64,000 nucleotides of DNA, taken from an uncultured Desulfatitalea sp. (GTDB taxonomy: Bacteria > Desulfobacterota > Desulfobacteria > Desulfobacterales > Desulfosarcinaceae). The DNA is taken from contig CAXXMB010000002.1 of the NCBI GenBank assembly GCA_963668675.2, positions 2,624,001-2,688,000 on the forward strand, written 5' to 3'. Position numbers and translations under genes: made by a program. The notes beneath the pieces were generated by a model. The model was not told the origin of the DNA. It was given only the letters and a program-made list of their open reading frames with translations, and did not search any database. Below are positions 19,740 to 30,231 of this stretch, one piece after another; positions within the stretch are counted from its first letter, which is position 1; each line of letters opens with the position of its first letter.

Positions 19740-21221
19740 TCAACCTTCGTTGACTTTCGGTGATTGCCGACCGGCCATCTGACCGAAGGACTGCCATCCG
19801 CCGCCAAGGGCCTTATAGAGGCGCACCAGCCCAGTCAGGACCGCCCCCTGGCTTTCGGCCATCTGATCTTCAAACGAGAGCAGCGAGCGCTGGGCATCCA
19901 GAACATCGCTGAAACCGGTCATGCCGGTGGTGTATTGGTGCCCGGCGAGCTCGGCGGCGGTGCGGGCTGCGTCCGAGGCGGCCCGCAGTATCTCCATCTT
20001 CTGCTGCTCCTGGGCATAGGCGATCAGAGCGTTTTCCACCTCCTCCAGGACGGAGAGGATCGTGGCTTCATAGCGGGCCAGGGCTTGCTCCTGCAGCTCT
20101 TCCTGCACCTTGATGTTGTTGCGAATGGTTCCGGCCTTGAAGATTGGCCAACTGATCGAAGGCCCGAAAGACCACACCCGGGCAGCCGAGGAGAAGAGAT
20201 CGCCCAACGAGAGAGACTCCAGGCCGATCGATCCGCTCAGGGTCAACTTGGGGTAGAGATCCGCCTCCGCCTCTCCGATGCGGGCCGTCTGGGCGGCCAG
20301 TTCACGCTCTGCCCTGCGAACATCCGGCCGTTGGCGAATCGCATCGGCCGGAACACCAACGGCCAGATCGATCGATACCGTTGGGAGCGGCTGGGCAGCA
20401 GCCAGTTCCGCCTGCAGGGATCCGGCCGTCTGGCCGGCCAATACGGCCAGCCGGTTCATCGCCTCCTCCGCCCCTACCATTAGATCGGGGATTTTGGCGC
20501 GTGAGCTCTCCAGGTTATAGCGCGCCTGGGCAACGGCCAGTTCATCGCCCATGCCCGCGCGGGAGAGGGCCTCGAGCAGCTTCCAGGTCTCCTCCTGGGA
20601 GGTCACGTTGCGCTCAGCCACCGTCAAACGCGTCTGATAGGTGCGCAGTTCGATATAGTTGCCGGCCACCTCGGCCAGCAGCGTCACCATGACATCGTTG
20701 AGATCTTCGATGCCGGCCTCCAGATCGGCCAGGGCAGCCTCTGTCGCACGCCGGGTGCCGCCGAAGAGATCCAGTTCCCAGCTGGCATCGAAGCCCGCCG
20801 TATAGAGTTCGGTCTCGTTCATCGCGCCGGATGCGTCTTCCTGGCCGCTTTTGCGGGCGGCACCGGCAGCCTCTACGGTCGGAAAGAGGTCGGCGCGACT
20901 GATCCGTTGCCGATAGCGCGCTTCACGCACCCGTGATACCGCTTCGCGCACGTCGAGATTGTCCGCTACGGCCAACTGCACCAGCCGGGTCAGTTGCGGG
21001 TCTTCCAGATTTTGCCACCACCGGGTCAGGGTTGCCGTATCCTGATCACCGTCGTCTCCAGAAGTGCCGCGCCACTGATCGGGCAGTGGGGTCTCCGGGC
21101 GGATATAGTCCGGCCCGACGGCCGTGCAGCCAGCAATGAGCAAAAACCCGATGAGCGCCGTGAGGTAAAAGCGCCGCACCCCACGGTGCGGTGCGGCACT
21201 GCTATGGTTTGAAGTCGCCAC
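19740..21221 (-). CDS. Outer-membrane efflux lipoprotein (NodT/OprM/TolC family)
   Basis: Lipobox LIAGC followed by TAVGPDY, WELDLFG, RPDVRRAE, LYKALGGGW. Confidence 0.93.
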   Translation of the reverse strand: MATSNHSSAAPHRGVRRFYLTALIGFLLIAGCTAVGPDYIRPETPLPDQWRGTSGDDGDQDTATLTRWWQNLEDPQLTRLVQLAVADNLDVREAVSRVREARYRQRISRADLFPTVEAAGAARKSGQEDASGAMNETELYTAGFDASWELDLFGGTRRATEAALADLEAGIEDLNDVMVTLLAEVAGNYIELRTYQTRLTVAERNVTSQEETWKLLEALSRAGMGDELAVAQARYNLESSRAKIPDLMVGAEEAMNRLAVLAGQTAGSLQAELAAAQPLPTVSIDLAVGVPADAIRQRPDVRRAERELAAQTARIGEAEADLYPKLTLSGSIGLESLSLGDLFSSAARVWSFGPSISWPIFKAGTIRNNIKVQEELQEQALARYEATILSVLEEVENALIAYAQEQQKMEILRAASDAARTAAELAGHQYTTGMTGFSDVLDAQRSLLSFEDQMAESQGAVLTGLVRLYKALGGGWQSFGQMAGRQSPKVNEG

Positions 21222-21670
21222 TATTCCGATCCGCGACGATTGCGGTTATGTCCCGGTCTGCCGGCCAGCAGCTCCTCACTGGTCAGGACGCCGTCACCAT
21301 CGCTGTCCAGACGCTCGAAGTGGTGGTCCGGCCCCGGAAACTCCTCAAGCGAGAGCTGGCCGTCGCCATCTTCGTCAAAGTCGGTCATCAACTCCTCCGG
21401 ATCGGGCCGATGACGGGGCGGTCGCTGCGGTGCCTCATCGGCGTCGATGGCTCCGTCGCCATTGCTGTCCAGGCGGTCAAAGTGACGTTCGGGGCCAGGA
21501 AATTCGTCGATGGAGACCACGCCGTCGTCATTCTTGTCAAACCGTTGAATAAACAGAGATGATTCGTTCGCAGAATCACTATCTGCCGCTAAGGCCAACG
21601 CCGGCCAGATGCCCATCAGCATTGCGAAAGCGAAGATTAGCAGAAAAGAAGAGATGTTTTTTACGTTCAT
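21221..21670 (-). CDS. Secreted EF-hand protein (four EF-hand-like loops), first gene of the efflux operon
   Basis: Signal peptide ending ALALA; DKNDDGVVSIDEF, DSNGDGAIDADE, DEDGDGQLSLEEF, DSDGDGVLTSEE; GGAGG RBS before the ATG at 21670. Confidence 0.85.
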   Translation of the reverse strand: MNVKNISSFLLIFAFAMLMGIWPALALAADSDSANESSLFIQRFDKNDDGVVSIDEFPGPERHFDRLDSNGDGAIDADEAPQRPPRHRPDPEELMTDFDEDGDGQLSLEEFPGPDHHFERLDSDGDGVLTSEELLAGRPGHNRNRRGSE

Positions 21671-21737
21671 GATAACCTCCATGGGTTGGTAATGTTTCAA
21701 TCTGTTTGTGCATATCCTGACCCCTGTCTAACATCTG

Positions 21738-21766
21738 AATATGGAGAAAATGTGGAGAAAGTGTGG
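21738..21766. promoter_or_regulatory. BaeR-like binding box
   Basis: TGGAGAAA repeated at 11-bp spacing; the minus strand reads TTTTCTCCATATT, close to the E. coli BaeR box TTTTTCTCCATDATTGGC. Confidence 0.6.
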
Positions 21767-21867
21767 GCTTTGCGGGTAGATTGGGGATGGCGATTGAAAT
21801 TGAGGGTGATATGGGTTTAAGGATAGGCAGTTCGACAATGTGAATCCCGAGGTGTCAAATACATAAA

Positions 21868-23280
21868 ATGCGAATAAAACTATCATACAAGCTGTTCGGC
21901 GCGTTCTTTTTAATTCTGGCTGTTGTCGTTGGCGCGCTGTCGCTGTCGCGGTACATCTTTTCGGTCAACTTTAAAAACTACATTCACCAGGTGGAGTTGG
22001 AGCGGCTGACGAGCCTCGTGCCTGAACTGCAGGAGAGGTTTCGTGAACAAGGCAGTTGGGCAGGGTTGACCACCGAGCCGGAGCACTGGCGGCACGTCAT
22101 GAGAAGAGGCCCCGGCGAAGACAGGTTTGTCCCGCCGCCCCCCCCGGCGTCACCCTCTGCCAATGGGGCCGCCCCTGCAAAGCGGCGTCATCCCGGCGGA
22201 CCCCCCGTGATTCTGTTGACCGATGACCAGGATCGCGCCATCATCGGTACACCGCAACCGAAGGACCAACGGCGCCTGGTCCCCATCGAGGTGGAGGGTC
22301 GAATCGTCGGATGGCTTGGGCTGCAGCGGCGGGAACACTTCAGGTCCGGTCCGCCGGCCGAACTGCTCAAGCGCCAGGCCAGACATCTCTACTTTCTGGG
22401 CGGTGCGGTGATCGCCTTGACCGCACTGATCGCCTTTCTCTTCTCCCGGCATCTGCTGCGCCCGATCCAGCACCTTGCACGGGGAACACGGGAGCTCGCC
22501 GGCCGCAATTTCGAGGTTCGCATCACACCCACCACCGGAGACGAACTGGGGCAGTTGGCGGAGAACTTCAATGCCATGGCGCAGACCCTCGAAAATTACG
22601 AGAAGATCCGGCGCCAGTGGCTGACCGACATCTCCCACGAACTCAGGACCCCGCTGGCCGTGCTGCGCGGTGAGATCGAAGCACTCCAGGATGGCGTGCG
22701 CGATCCGTCTCCGCGCAACCTGGCATCCCTGCATGCGGAGATATTGAGGATCGGTAAGCTGGTGGAAGATCTGCACCTTCTCTCTCTGGCCGACTCGGAC
22801 CGCATCTTTCTGGACAAGCAGCCGATGCAGATCAGCAGGGTGCTGGAGAAGGTCATCGAAAACTATCAAACCCGGCTGGTCGAGTGCCGGATCGAAGTGG
22901 ATCTTCGGCTCGACGAGATCGAAGAGCTCAACATCCGGGGCGATGCCGACCGTTTGGGACAAGTCTTTACCAATATTGTGGAGAATGCCTGCCGCTATGT
23001 CCATTCACCCGGGACGCTGAAGATCTACTGCCGCACCGATGACGCTTTTCTCACCCTTCGGTTTTTAGACTCCGGCCCGGGCGTTCCCGACGACGCGTTT
23101 GCCCATCTTTTTGACCGCCTCTACCGTGTGGACAGCTCCCGCAACCGGGATTCGGGCGGCAGCGGATTGGGGCTGGCGATCTGCCGGCATATCGTCGAAA
23201 ACCATGACGGCGAGATATGGGCGGAGCGCAGCCCGATGGGTGGTGTAACCATCGGCATACGACTGCCGCTGGAGGGGTGA
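21868..23280 (+). CDS. BaeS-like sensor histidine kinase
   Basis: Two TM segments, HAMP (DELGQLAENFNAMA), H-box DISHELRTPL, G boxes DSGPG and GGSGLGLAI. Confidence 0.93.
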   Translation: MRIKLSYKLFGAFFLILAVVVGALSLSRYIFSVNFKNYIHQVELERLTSLVPELQERFREQGSWAGLTTEPEHWRHVMRRGPGEDRFVPPPPPASPSANGAAPAKRRHPGGPPVILLTDDQDRAIIGTPQPKDQRRLVPIEVEGRIVGWLGLQRREHFRSGPPAELLKRQARHLYFLGGAVIALTALIAFLFSRHLLRPIQHLARGTRELAGRNFEVRITPTTGDELGQLAENFNAMAQTLENYEKIRRQWLTDISHELRTPLAVLRGEIEALQDGVRDPSPRNLASLHAEILRIGKLVEDLHLLSLADSDRIFLDKQPMQISRVLEKVIENYQTRLVECRIEVDLRLDEIEELNIRGDADRLGQVFTNIVENACRYVHSPGTLKIYCRTDDAFLTLRFLDSGPGVPDDAFAHLFDRLYRVDSSRNRDSGGSGLGLAICRHIVENHDGEIWAERSPMGGVTIGIRLPLEG

Positions 23281-23284
23281 TACC

Positions 23285-23965
23285 ATGACAGATGAACATC
23301 TCCTGGTGGTCGAAGACGAGAAGAAGATTGCTGAGGTGCTGAGCGATTACCTGACACAGGCCGGATTTAAGGTCTCATGCATCCACAGCGGTGACCAGGC
23401 TGTTGAGAAGATAAAAGCGGTGTCTCCGGCGCTGGCCCTGCTTGATATCATGCTTCCGGGAATGGACGGCATCTCGGTCTGCCGGGAAGTGCGCAAATTC
23501 TCCGATATCCCCATTATCATGATCACCGCAAGGATAGAGGAGGTCGACCGTCTTCTCGGGTTGGAGATCGGCGCCGACGACTATATTTGCAAACCCTTCA
23601 GCCCCCGGGAGGTGGTGGCGCGGGTCAAGGCCGTTTTGCGGCGCGCACGCCCCGGCGAGACGCCTCAACGACTGGTTGCCGGCCCCATCATCCTTGATGA
23701 GGAGCTCCACCAGGTCACCATCGACGGTACGCCCCTCGCCCTCACCCCCAGCGAGTTCGGACTGTTTCACGTTCTGATGGCCGCCCCTAACCGTGTATTC
23801 TCTCGTGCCGACCTGCTCGACAAGGTGCAGGGATACCGCTACGACGGATACGACCGCACCATCGACAGCCACATCAAAAACCTTCGCAAAAAAATCTCCA
23901 AAAGGCTACCGAACAGAGAGATCATTCAGACCATCTACGGCGTCGGCTACCGATTCACGATCTGA
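23285..23965 (+). CDS. BaeR-like response regulator
   Basis: VVEDE, LLDIMLP, ICKPFSPRE, DRTIDSHIKNLRKK. Confidence 0.93.
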   Translation: MTDEHLLVVEDEKKIAEVLSDYLTQAGFKVSCIHSGDQAVEKIKAVSPALALLDIMLPGMDGISVCREVRKFSDIPIIMITARIEEVDRLLGLEIGADDYICKPFSPREVVARVKAVLRRARPGETPQRLVAGPIILDEELHQVTIDGTPLALTPSEFGLFHVLMAAPNRVFSRADLLDKVQGYRYDGYDRTIDSHIKNLRKKISKRLPNREIIQTIYGVGYRFTI

Positions 23966-24005
23966 CTTGTCTTCGGAAAGAGTGAAAGATTCCGTCGTGC
24001 ATAAC

Positions 24006-24151
24006 ATTAACCCGGCAATTAATTACCTTAGCAATCGTCATTCCGGCGAAGGCCGGGCACGCAGTGAAGCCTTGGTGCTATCCAGACCGTTCCTGGATCC
24101 CGGATCAAGTCCGGGATGACAAGGGTTGGCCTATGTAATTGCCGGTTTAAT
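24006..24151. mobile_element. MITE-like element: same REP core, different terminal inverted repeats
   Basis: ATTAACCCGGCAATTA...TAATTGCCGGTTTAAT (16 bp, one mismatch) enclosing GTCATTCCGGCGAAGG...CCGGGATGAC. Confidence 0.65.
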
Positions 24152-24284
24152 AATCAGCATTTTGATTTTGCGAATCCTACACGCACACGTGCACCGTTTC
24201 CAATCGTATGTTGTCTCATTTCGATCGAGAGTACGATTAAGAAAAACACTATCCCTTATCGTGGTAGATAGGCAGATTGAATTA

Positions 24285-25478
24285 TTATATGGCTTTTTCT
24301 ATCTTGAACTTTTTAAGATCATCGTAACTATATCCAAGTAGATCACAATAGATCGATTCGTTGTCCTCTCCAAGTAAAGAAGCGCGCCGGGTAATTTTGC
24401 CGGGCGTTCTCGAGAGCTTGATCTCAACGCCGACTACCGGTACTTTGCCAGTACCGGGATAATCGATCTCCTCCAACATCTTTCTGGCTGCCACCTGGGG
24501 CACTTTGATCGAAGCCGGGACGTCGTTAACCGGACCACAAGGGATACCGGCGTTGTCAAGCACAGCCATGGCCTCGGAAACGGTTTTTTCGCCGGCCCAT
24601 TCGCTGATGACTTCATCGATGGCAGGATAGTTCCGGTAACGCGCCAAATTGTCGATAAATCGAGTATCGGTTATCATTTCTTCACGGTTCAGGATGCGAC
24701 ACATTCGCCGCCACATGCTATTACCCACAATATTGATCATCAAATATCCGTCAGTGGCCTGAGCACTGCAGCAATAGGCGTAAAAACCCCCATTGCCGAC
24801 CTGCTTCCGCACCTCTCCCGAAACCAAATACTCCGCGGCACAACCTGATGCCGCTGCAATACCGAAGGCCACATCAAACAGGGCCACATCCACCAGTTGC
24901 CCACGGCCGCTTTTAGTGCGTTCGATATAAGCAATGAGGGCCCCTATCGCCGCCCGGGCGCCCGTATTGAAGTCGATAAAAGCCGGGCCCGAGCGGAGAG
25001 GAGGACCGCCCGGAAATCCGGTAAAACTCATCAGTCCTGCCATGGCCTGCGCAATGGCATCGAAGCAGGGGCGCTCGGAATAGGGACCATTCATTCCGAA
25101 GCCTGAGACGGAGACGACAATCAGTGCTGGATTGATTTTGCTCAGGCGCTCGTATTCAAGCGTTGTCGCCTCTTCCGTTCCCTTGGGGTAGTTATGAACC
25201 AAAATGTCGAACTTAGGAATCAATTGATCAAGGATCCGTTTGCCGACCTCCGACCTCAGGTTCAGTGTGATGTTCTTCTTGTTTCGCTGATAAGACAAGC
25301 CGAACATCATCGGCTGACCATCCTTGGAAAACGGTCCCACCTCTCGATCCACTTTGCCGCCGGGGGGTTCAACGCGTACGACGTCTGCGCCGTGGTCCGC
25401 AAGGCACATTGAGCAATATGGGGCTGCTATATAACTACCCATGTCCAAAACGCTGATCCCTTCGAGTGCACGTGCCAT
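24285..25478 (-). CDS. Family III (CaiB/BaiF) CoA transferase
   Basis: ALEGISVLD, GADVVRVE, RNKKNITLNL, catalytic Asp in GPAFIDFNTG. Confidence 0.93.
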   Translation of the reverse strand: MARALEGISVLDMGSYIAAPYCSMCLADHGADVVRVEPPGGKVDREVGPFSKDGQPMMFGLSYQRNKKNITLNLRSEVGKRILDQLIPKFDILVHNYPKGTEEATTLEYERLSKINPALIVVSVSGFGMNGPYSERPCFDAIAQAMAGLMSFTGFPGGPPLRSGPAFIDFNTGARAAIGALIAYIERTKSGRGQLVDVALFDVAFGIAAASGCAAEYLVSGEVRKQVGNGGFYAYCCSAQATDGYLMINIVGNSMWRRMCRILNREEMITDTRFIDNLARYRNYPAIDEVISEWAGEKTVSEAMAVLDNAGIPCGPVNDVPASIKVPQVAARKMLEEIDYPGTGKVPVVGVEIKLSRTPGKITRRASLLGEDNESIYCDLLGYSYDDLKKFKIEKAI

Positions 25479-25842
25479 TTTGTGGCTCCTTTTAATGCCA
25501 AAGGTCGCTTATGCTAAAAGACGGAACGTATTTCCGGCAATTGCTATTAAGGTATATAGAATATTTGTTTTGGTTCAACAAGGTGTACATTTTTGAAATA
25601 ATGGCCGAAAGCGCCGGACATAGCCTCATCCTATTGACATGTCGAGGTTGTGTCGTCGGTGTTGTTTGCGCGTGTTAAATCATCTGTGGATCGGTGATAA
25701 AATAGCGTCAATAATGACTTGGAGTGATCAATGTACAATTATTCAAGAGGTGAAATGGCGCACGGACGCCAGCGAAGGGATTGACCTCTTTGACGTCTCC
25801 CGTTATGACAATGGCCTGGCATTGAACGAGGTTTCTGTTCAA

Positions 25843-26193
25843 ATGAAAAGCAAATCAACTGACAATAGTGTGGAATACACACACGGACCGCTGGATGAGA
25901 GCGTTGTTGCCATTGGCGGAAGCTTCCGGATCACCGAAGAGAAGCGGCTGGCTTATGATGGCAAAGAGGTGTTGTACCTTGTGGGGCTTGCTCATATGGA
26001 CAATGCCTGTTGCGGCGCTTGGGGCTGCTGCTATGCAATTGTCAAAGGGGTTGTCGAAGATTGGAAGTGTAAGGAAGATCAGCAGGGTTATGCAATAACC
26101 CGTGTCGTCCCCATTGCAGATCAGAACGAACGAGACCAAATCCGCAAAAAGATTATGTCCGATGAGATGGTCCAACAGGTCGTCTTTACTTAG
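25843..26193 (+). CDS. Hypothetical protein with a Cys cluster (NACCGAWGCC)
   Basis: Protein-like ORF of 116 aa from the ATG at 25843; no function recognised. Confidence 0.6.
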   Translation: MKSKSTDNSVEYTHGPLDESVVAIGGSFRITEEKRLAYDGKEVLYLVGLAHMDNACCGAWGCCYAIVKGVVEDWKCKEDQQGYAITRVVPIADQNERDQIRKKIMSDEMVQQVVFT

Positions 26194-26502
26194 ACGGCAG
26201 ACTCAAACAAAATACAGGTATGGGCTATCCCTTATTTCCTGCAAAATCCCCCAGCGACAGACATGTATCGATTCCCGTAAAGATCAATGTCCGGGCTGAT
26301 TCATCGACAGCAAAATTCGAAGTCTCCAAGATGGTATCTTCGATATTATCGAACCCGGATTATTCCCCGACATCAGCGCAATTGCTATGGATCAGCGTCT
26401 AAATACCTGGTATGTTCTATATTCAATTGGCACGAAATTGCGTATGCAAGAAGATATCAATGATACTATAGCTGAAAGTAAAGACAATGGAGAAATCCGG
26501 TT

Positions 26503-27720
26503 ATGACACCCAGTGCACTCAAAGGGGTTAAGATAGTAGAATTCTGTACCACCGTCAGTGGCGCCTATTGCGGGAAGCTGATGGCGGACCTTGGGGCGGA
26601 AGTGATTAAAATAGAGCCGCCGGTTATCGGAGACGAAGCGAGAAGAAAGCCGCCTTTCCAGAACGATGACCCGGACCCTGAAAAATCAGGGCTCTTTATG
26701 TATATCAACATCAACAAATTTGGTATCACGCTCGATCCGTCAAAGCCCCATGGCAAGGATATTTTTGAACGGTTGGTCAATCAGGCGGATATCCTGATTG
26801 AAGATCACCCCCCCGGTGAGATGGAAAGGATGGGGATTGGGTATGACACGTTGAAAAAAAACAATCCTGGTCTGATCATGATGGCCATTACGCCGTTTGG
26901 GCAGAAGGGCCCTTATAAGGACTATAAAGCTTACCAACTGAACATCTCACACATGAGCGGGCAAGGCTATCTGCTCCCGTTGGTCTCACCGCACCTGGAC
27001 CGTCCGCCGGTGCAAATCGGGGGCAACAGCGGCAACTTCGATGCCGGGCTGACGGCCTCCCTTGCGGTCATGGCAGCCCTGTTCTGGAGGGGAACATCCG
27101 GCAAAGGCCAATACATCGGCATGTCGAAAATGGAAGCCTTGATCGCCATGCAGCGTGTTGAAAGTGTGACCTTTCCCAATAGCGGTATCAGTATGAGTCG
27201 CAAAGGGGAGTCCCTGCGGATGAGCGGCAATGGGATTTTTCCGTGCAAGGATGGGTACGTATCTATTGTGACACCAGAAGAGCACCAGTGGCAGAATTTT
27301 ATGAAACTGATCGGTGATCCGCCATGGTCCAAAGAGCCGTGGTGTCAAAACCGATTTGAACGAGGCAACCATGCAGACAAAATCAACGCCTATATTCTGG
27401 AGTGGATGAAAGACAAACCCAAGGAGGAGATCTTCAGAAAAGGCCAGACGCTCAGTGTCCCGGTGGCACAAGTCAACACGGCCGAAGACGTGGTGTCGTC
27501 CCCCCATTTCAATGCCCGGGGCTTTTTTGTGGAAGTCGATCATCCGGTGGCGGGAAAACTGGATAAATTCCCCTCTTCTCCATACCGGTTTTCCAAAACC
27601 CCTTGGGCGGTCTCAAGGCCGGCACCTCGATTGGGGGAACATAACAAACAGATTTTGTGTGAAAAGATTGGCTATACAACCGACGATCTCGAAGCCTTTA
27701 AAGACGCCGGCATCATCTGA
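26503..27720 (+). CDS. Family III CoA transferase, BbsE-like (apparently non-catalytic) subunit
   Basis: ALKGVKIVE, DLGAEVIKIEPP; Asn at the catalytic Asp position (PVQIGGNSGNF) by eye alignment. Confidence 0.88.
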   Translation: MTPSALKGVKIVEFCTTVSGAYCGKLMADLGAEVIKIEPPVIGDEARRKPPFQNDDPDPEKSGLFMYININKFGITLDPSKPHGKDIFERLVNQADILIEDHPPGEMERMGIGYDTLKKNNPGLIMMAITPFGQKGPYKDYKAYQLNISHMSGQGYLLPLVSPHLDRPPVQIGGNSGNFDAGLTASLAVMAALFWRGTSGKGQYIGMSKMEALIAMQRVESVTFPNSGISMSRKGESLRMSGNGIFPCKDGYVSIVTPEEHQWQNFMKLIGDPPWSKEPWCQNRFERGNHADKINAYILEWMKDKPKEEIFRKGQTLSVPVAQVNTAEDVVSSPHFNARGFFVEVDHPVAGKLDKFPSSPYRFSKTPWAVSRPAPRLGEHNKQILCEKIGYTTDDLEAFKDAGII

Positions 27721-27754
27721 TCAACATCATGAGAAAAACGAAAGTGGGGAAAAC

Positions 27755-28972
27755 ATGGAAAATGGCGGCCCCTTAAAAGGCATCAGGGTCGTTGAGTTCA
27801 CTTCGGCCTGGGCCGGACCTTACGCTACCTGTCTGCTCGGATTTTTGGGCGCCGAAGTAATAAAGGTGGAAAGCCAACAGAGGCCGGACCATTCGAGGAT
27901 CATCTCCTTTACGACCGGCAAGGCATTCCAAACCCTGAATGAATCGGAAGTCTTCAACAACCTGAACCTGAACAAACGCAGCGTCTGCCTGAACCTGAAA
28001 AAGCCCGAAGCTGTGGAGATCGCCAAACGGCTCATCGAGATCGGCGACGTGGTCATGGAAAATATGCGGCCGGGCGTGGTTCCCCGCCTCGGCCTGGGAT
28101 ATGATGCGGCCAAAGAGGTCAAACCTGACATTATCTACATCTCCTCCTCAGCATGTGGTCAGACCGGACCCGATAGGGAGTACATCGGCTATGCGCCGAC
28201 CTTTGCCGCCCTTGCCGGGTTGCCCCATGTGACCGGTTATCCCGATTGGCCTCCCAGTAACTTTCTCGGGTCCATCGACCTGAGAAGCGCGTGCACATCG
28301 GCCTTCGCCATTTTGGCGGCCCTTTACTATCATCAACAGACGGGAGAAGGACAGTATATCGATCTGGCATCCCAGGAGGCCATTGCCACATATGCCGGTG
28401 ATATCTTCCTGGACTATGTGATGAACCAGCGGGTTCCCACGCGTCAAGGCAACCAAAACGACGTTATGGCCCCGCATAACTGTTACCGCTGCAAAGGTGA
28501 GGACAAGTGGATCAGCATCGCTGTGGCCACTCAGTCGGAGTGGGTCAGCCTGTGCAACGCCATGAGCAAAAGCGACCTCATCGATGATCCCCGATTCGTC
28601 GATATGAACGATCGTAAGATAAACGAGGAAATGCTGGATGGCATCATTGCCGATTGGACGAAGAATTTGGACGCCTATGAAGCCATGACCTTGCTGCAAA
28701 ACGCTGGTGTTGCCGCAACACCGTCTCTGTCCAGCGAAGATCTTTTCACCGATCCTCACTTGAAGGAGGGAAGCATATTCCGGCAGGTCGATCATCCCGT
28801 CATCGGGAAGAACTGGGTCATCGCCCCTCCGTGGCAATTGACCGAGACACCCGCCACAATCAATTCATACGGCCCTTTGCTTGGGGAGCACACCGATGAG
28901 ATTTTTCATGACTACCTGGGGATGTCACCGGAGCAAATCGGGAAGTTAAAAGAAGATCAAGTGATCTATTGA
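27755..28972 (+). CDS. Family III CoA transferase, BbsF-like subunit
   Basis: PLKGIRVVEF, WAGP, LNKRSVCLNL, GSIDLRSA (Asp present); start at ATG 27755. Confidence 0.9.
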   Translation: MENGGPLKGIRVVEFTSAWAGPYATCLLGFLGAEVIKVESQQRPDHSRIISFTTGKAFQTLNESEVFNNLNLNKRSVCLNLKKPEAVEIAKRLIEIGDVVMENMRPGVVPRLGLGYDAAKEVKPDIIYISSSACGQTGPDREYIGYAPTFAALAGLPHVTGYPDWPPSNFLGSIDLRSACTSAFAILAALYYHQQTGEGQYIDLASQEAIATYAGDIFLDYVMNQRVPTRQGNQNDVMAPHNCYRCKGEDKWISIAVATQSEWVSLCNAMSKSDLIDDPRFVDMNDRKINEEMLDGIIADWTKNLDAYEAMTLLQNAGVAATPSLSSEDLFTDPHLKEGSIFRQVDHPVIGKNWVIAPPWQLTETPATINSYGPLLGEHTDEIFHDYLGMSPEQIGKLKEDQVIY

Positions 28973-30231
28973 TGGTGACTGGAATGGTGACGGGAATGGA
29001 TATGACCAAAGCGGATAAATCCGAGCGCATCGGCCCATTGGATGGTATCAAAATCGTGGAGTATGGCGTGTTTCACGCCGGACCCGGTGCCGGAGCCATA
29101 TTGGGGGATCTGGGCGCGGAAGTGATCAAGATAGAAGCTGCTGCGGGAGATCCCATACGGTACTGGACCAAGGTGGGCGGCATTGACATTGCCAAGCCGG
29201 ACGGCGAAAGTCTGATGTTCGAAGTTTCAAACCGCAACAAGAAAGGGATCTGTCTGGATATTAAGCGTGAGGAAGGGCGTGATGTTTTGCACCGTCTGGT
29301 GAAAGGGGCCGATGTCTTCCTGACCAATCTGCGAAAGAGTACCAAAACAGAGCTGAAAATCGACTATGAGAGTCTCGCAAAGGTAAACCCGAAGATCATC
29401 CATGCCAATGTTTCGGGTTATGGCCCTGAGGGACCCATGAGCGACATCGGGGCTTTCGATCCGCTTGGCCAGGCGCTCTCAGGCATGATGTTTGTCACCG
29501 GACAGGATGAACCGGTTCTGATTCATCTTGGCGTGCTCGACCAGGCCACAGCGATTGCCGCAAGCCATGCGATTATAACGGCGCTCTTTGTGAGGGAAAG
29601 AAAAGGGATCGGCCAGGAGGTCCACATCTCACTTTACAGCACGGCGCTTTGGCTCCAGCATCCGAACCTGGTCATATCCAATGCGCTGCACATCGACCCC
29701 TGCGTCCCGGCAGTCCGTCATGAACACTCCCCCCTCCGAAACAGATTTTGCTGCAAAGACGGTCAGTGGATACTGGGGACACACCATCCGGAAGAAAAGT
29801 ATTGGGCCGTGTTTTGCAAGGCGACAGGCCAGGAGGCCTTGCTGCAGGATTCACGGTTCACAGATCCACACGGAAAACCCACCAGCTACCGTGAACTGAT
29901 ACCCATCTTTGATACCGTTTTCGCCACCAAAACCAGAGACGAGTGGATGGCGATTTTTCAGAAGCACAAACTCATGTTCAGCGCTGTTCAAAGAATAGAA
30001 GAGGTTGAACATGATGAGCAAGCCTTGGCCAACGGGTATGTGACGCCTTTTGATTTTAAAGATCTCGGAAAAGTTAATATTCCTGGATACCCCGTTCAGT
30101 TCAGCCACAGCAGTGCCTCCACAAAGTCTCCGGCACCTGCGATCGGCGAACACACCGATCACGTCTTAGGTGAGTTGGGATATACGGCATCGCAGATTGA
30201 AGCGCTCAAAAAGGGTAAAATCATAAAATAG
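28969..30231 (+). CDS. Family III CoA transferase
   Basis: PLDGIKIVE, NRNKKGICLD, LGVLDQAT; the true start may be a few codons later. Confidence 0.9.
   Translation: MMVTGMVTGMDMTKADKSERIGPLDGIKIVEYGVFHAGPGAGAILGDLGAEVIKIEAAAGDPIRYWTKVGGIDIAKPDGESLMFEVSNRNKKGICLDIKREEGRDVLHRLVKGADVFLTNLRKSTKTELKIDYESLAKVNPKIIHANVSGYGPEGPMSDIGAFDPLGQALSGMMFVTGQDEPVLIHLGVLDQATAIAASHAIITALFVRERKGIGQEVHISLYSTALWLQHPNLVISNALHIDPCVPAVRHEHSPLRNRFCCKDGQWILGTHHPEEKYWAVFCKATGQEALLQDSRFTDPHGKPTSYRELIPIFDTVFATKTRDEWMAIFQKHKLMFSAVQRIEEVEHDEQALANGYVTPFDFKDLGKVNIPGYPVQFSHSSASTKSPAPAIGEHTDHVLGELGYTASQIEALKKGKIIK

Noticed and set aside
26428..26441. Sigma54-like motif TGGCACGAAATTGC upstream of the CoA transferase operon
   Set aside because: The GG and GC are separated by 9 nt instead of the required 10.
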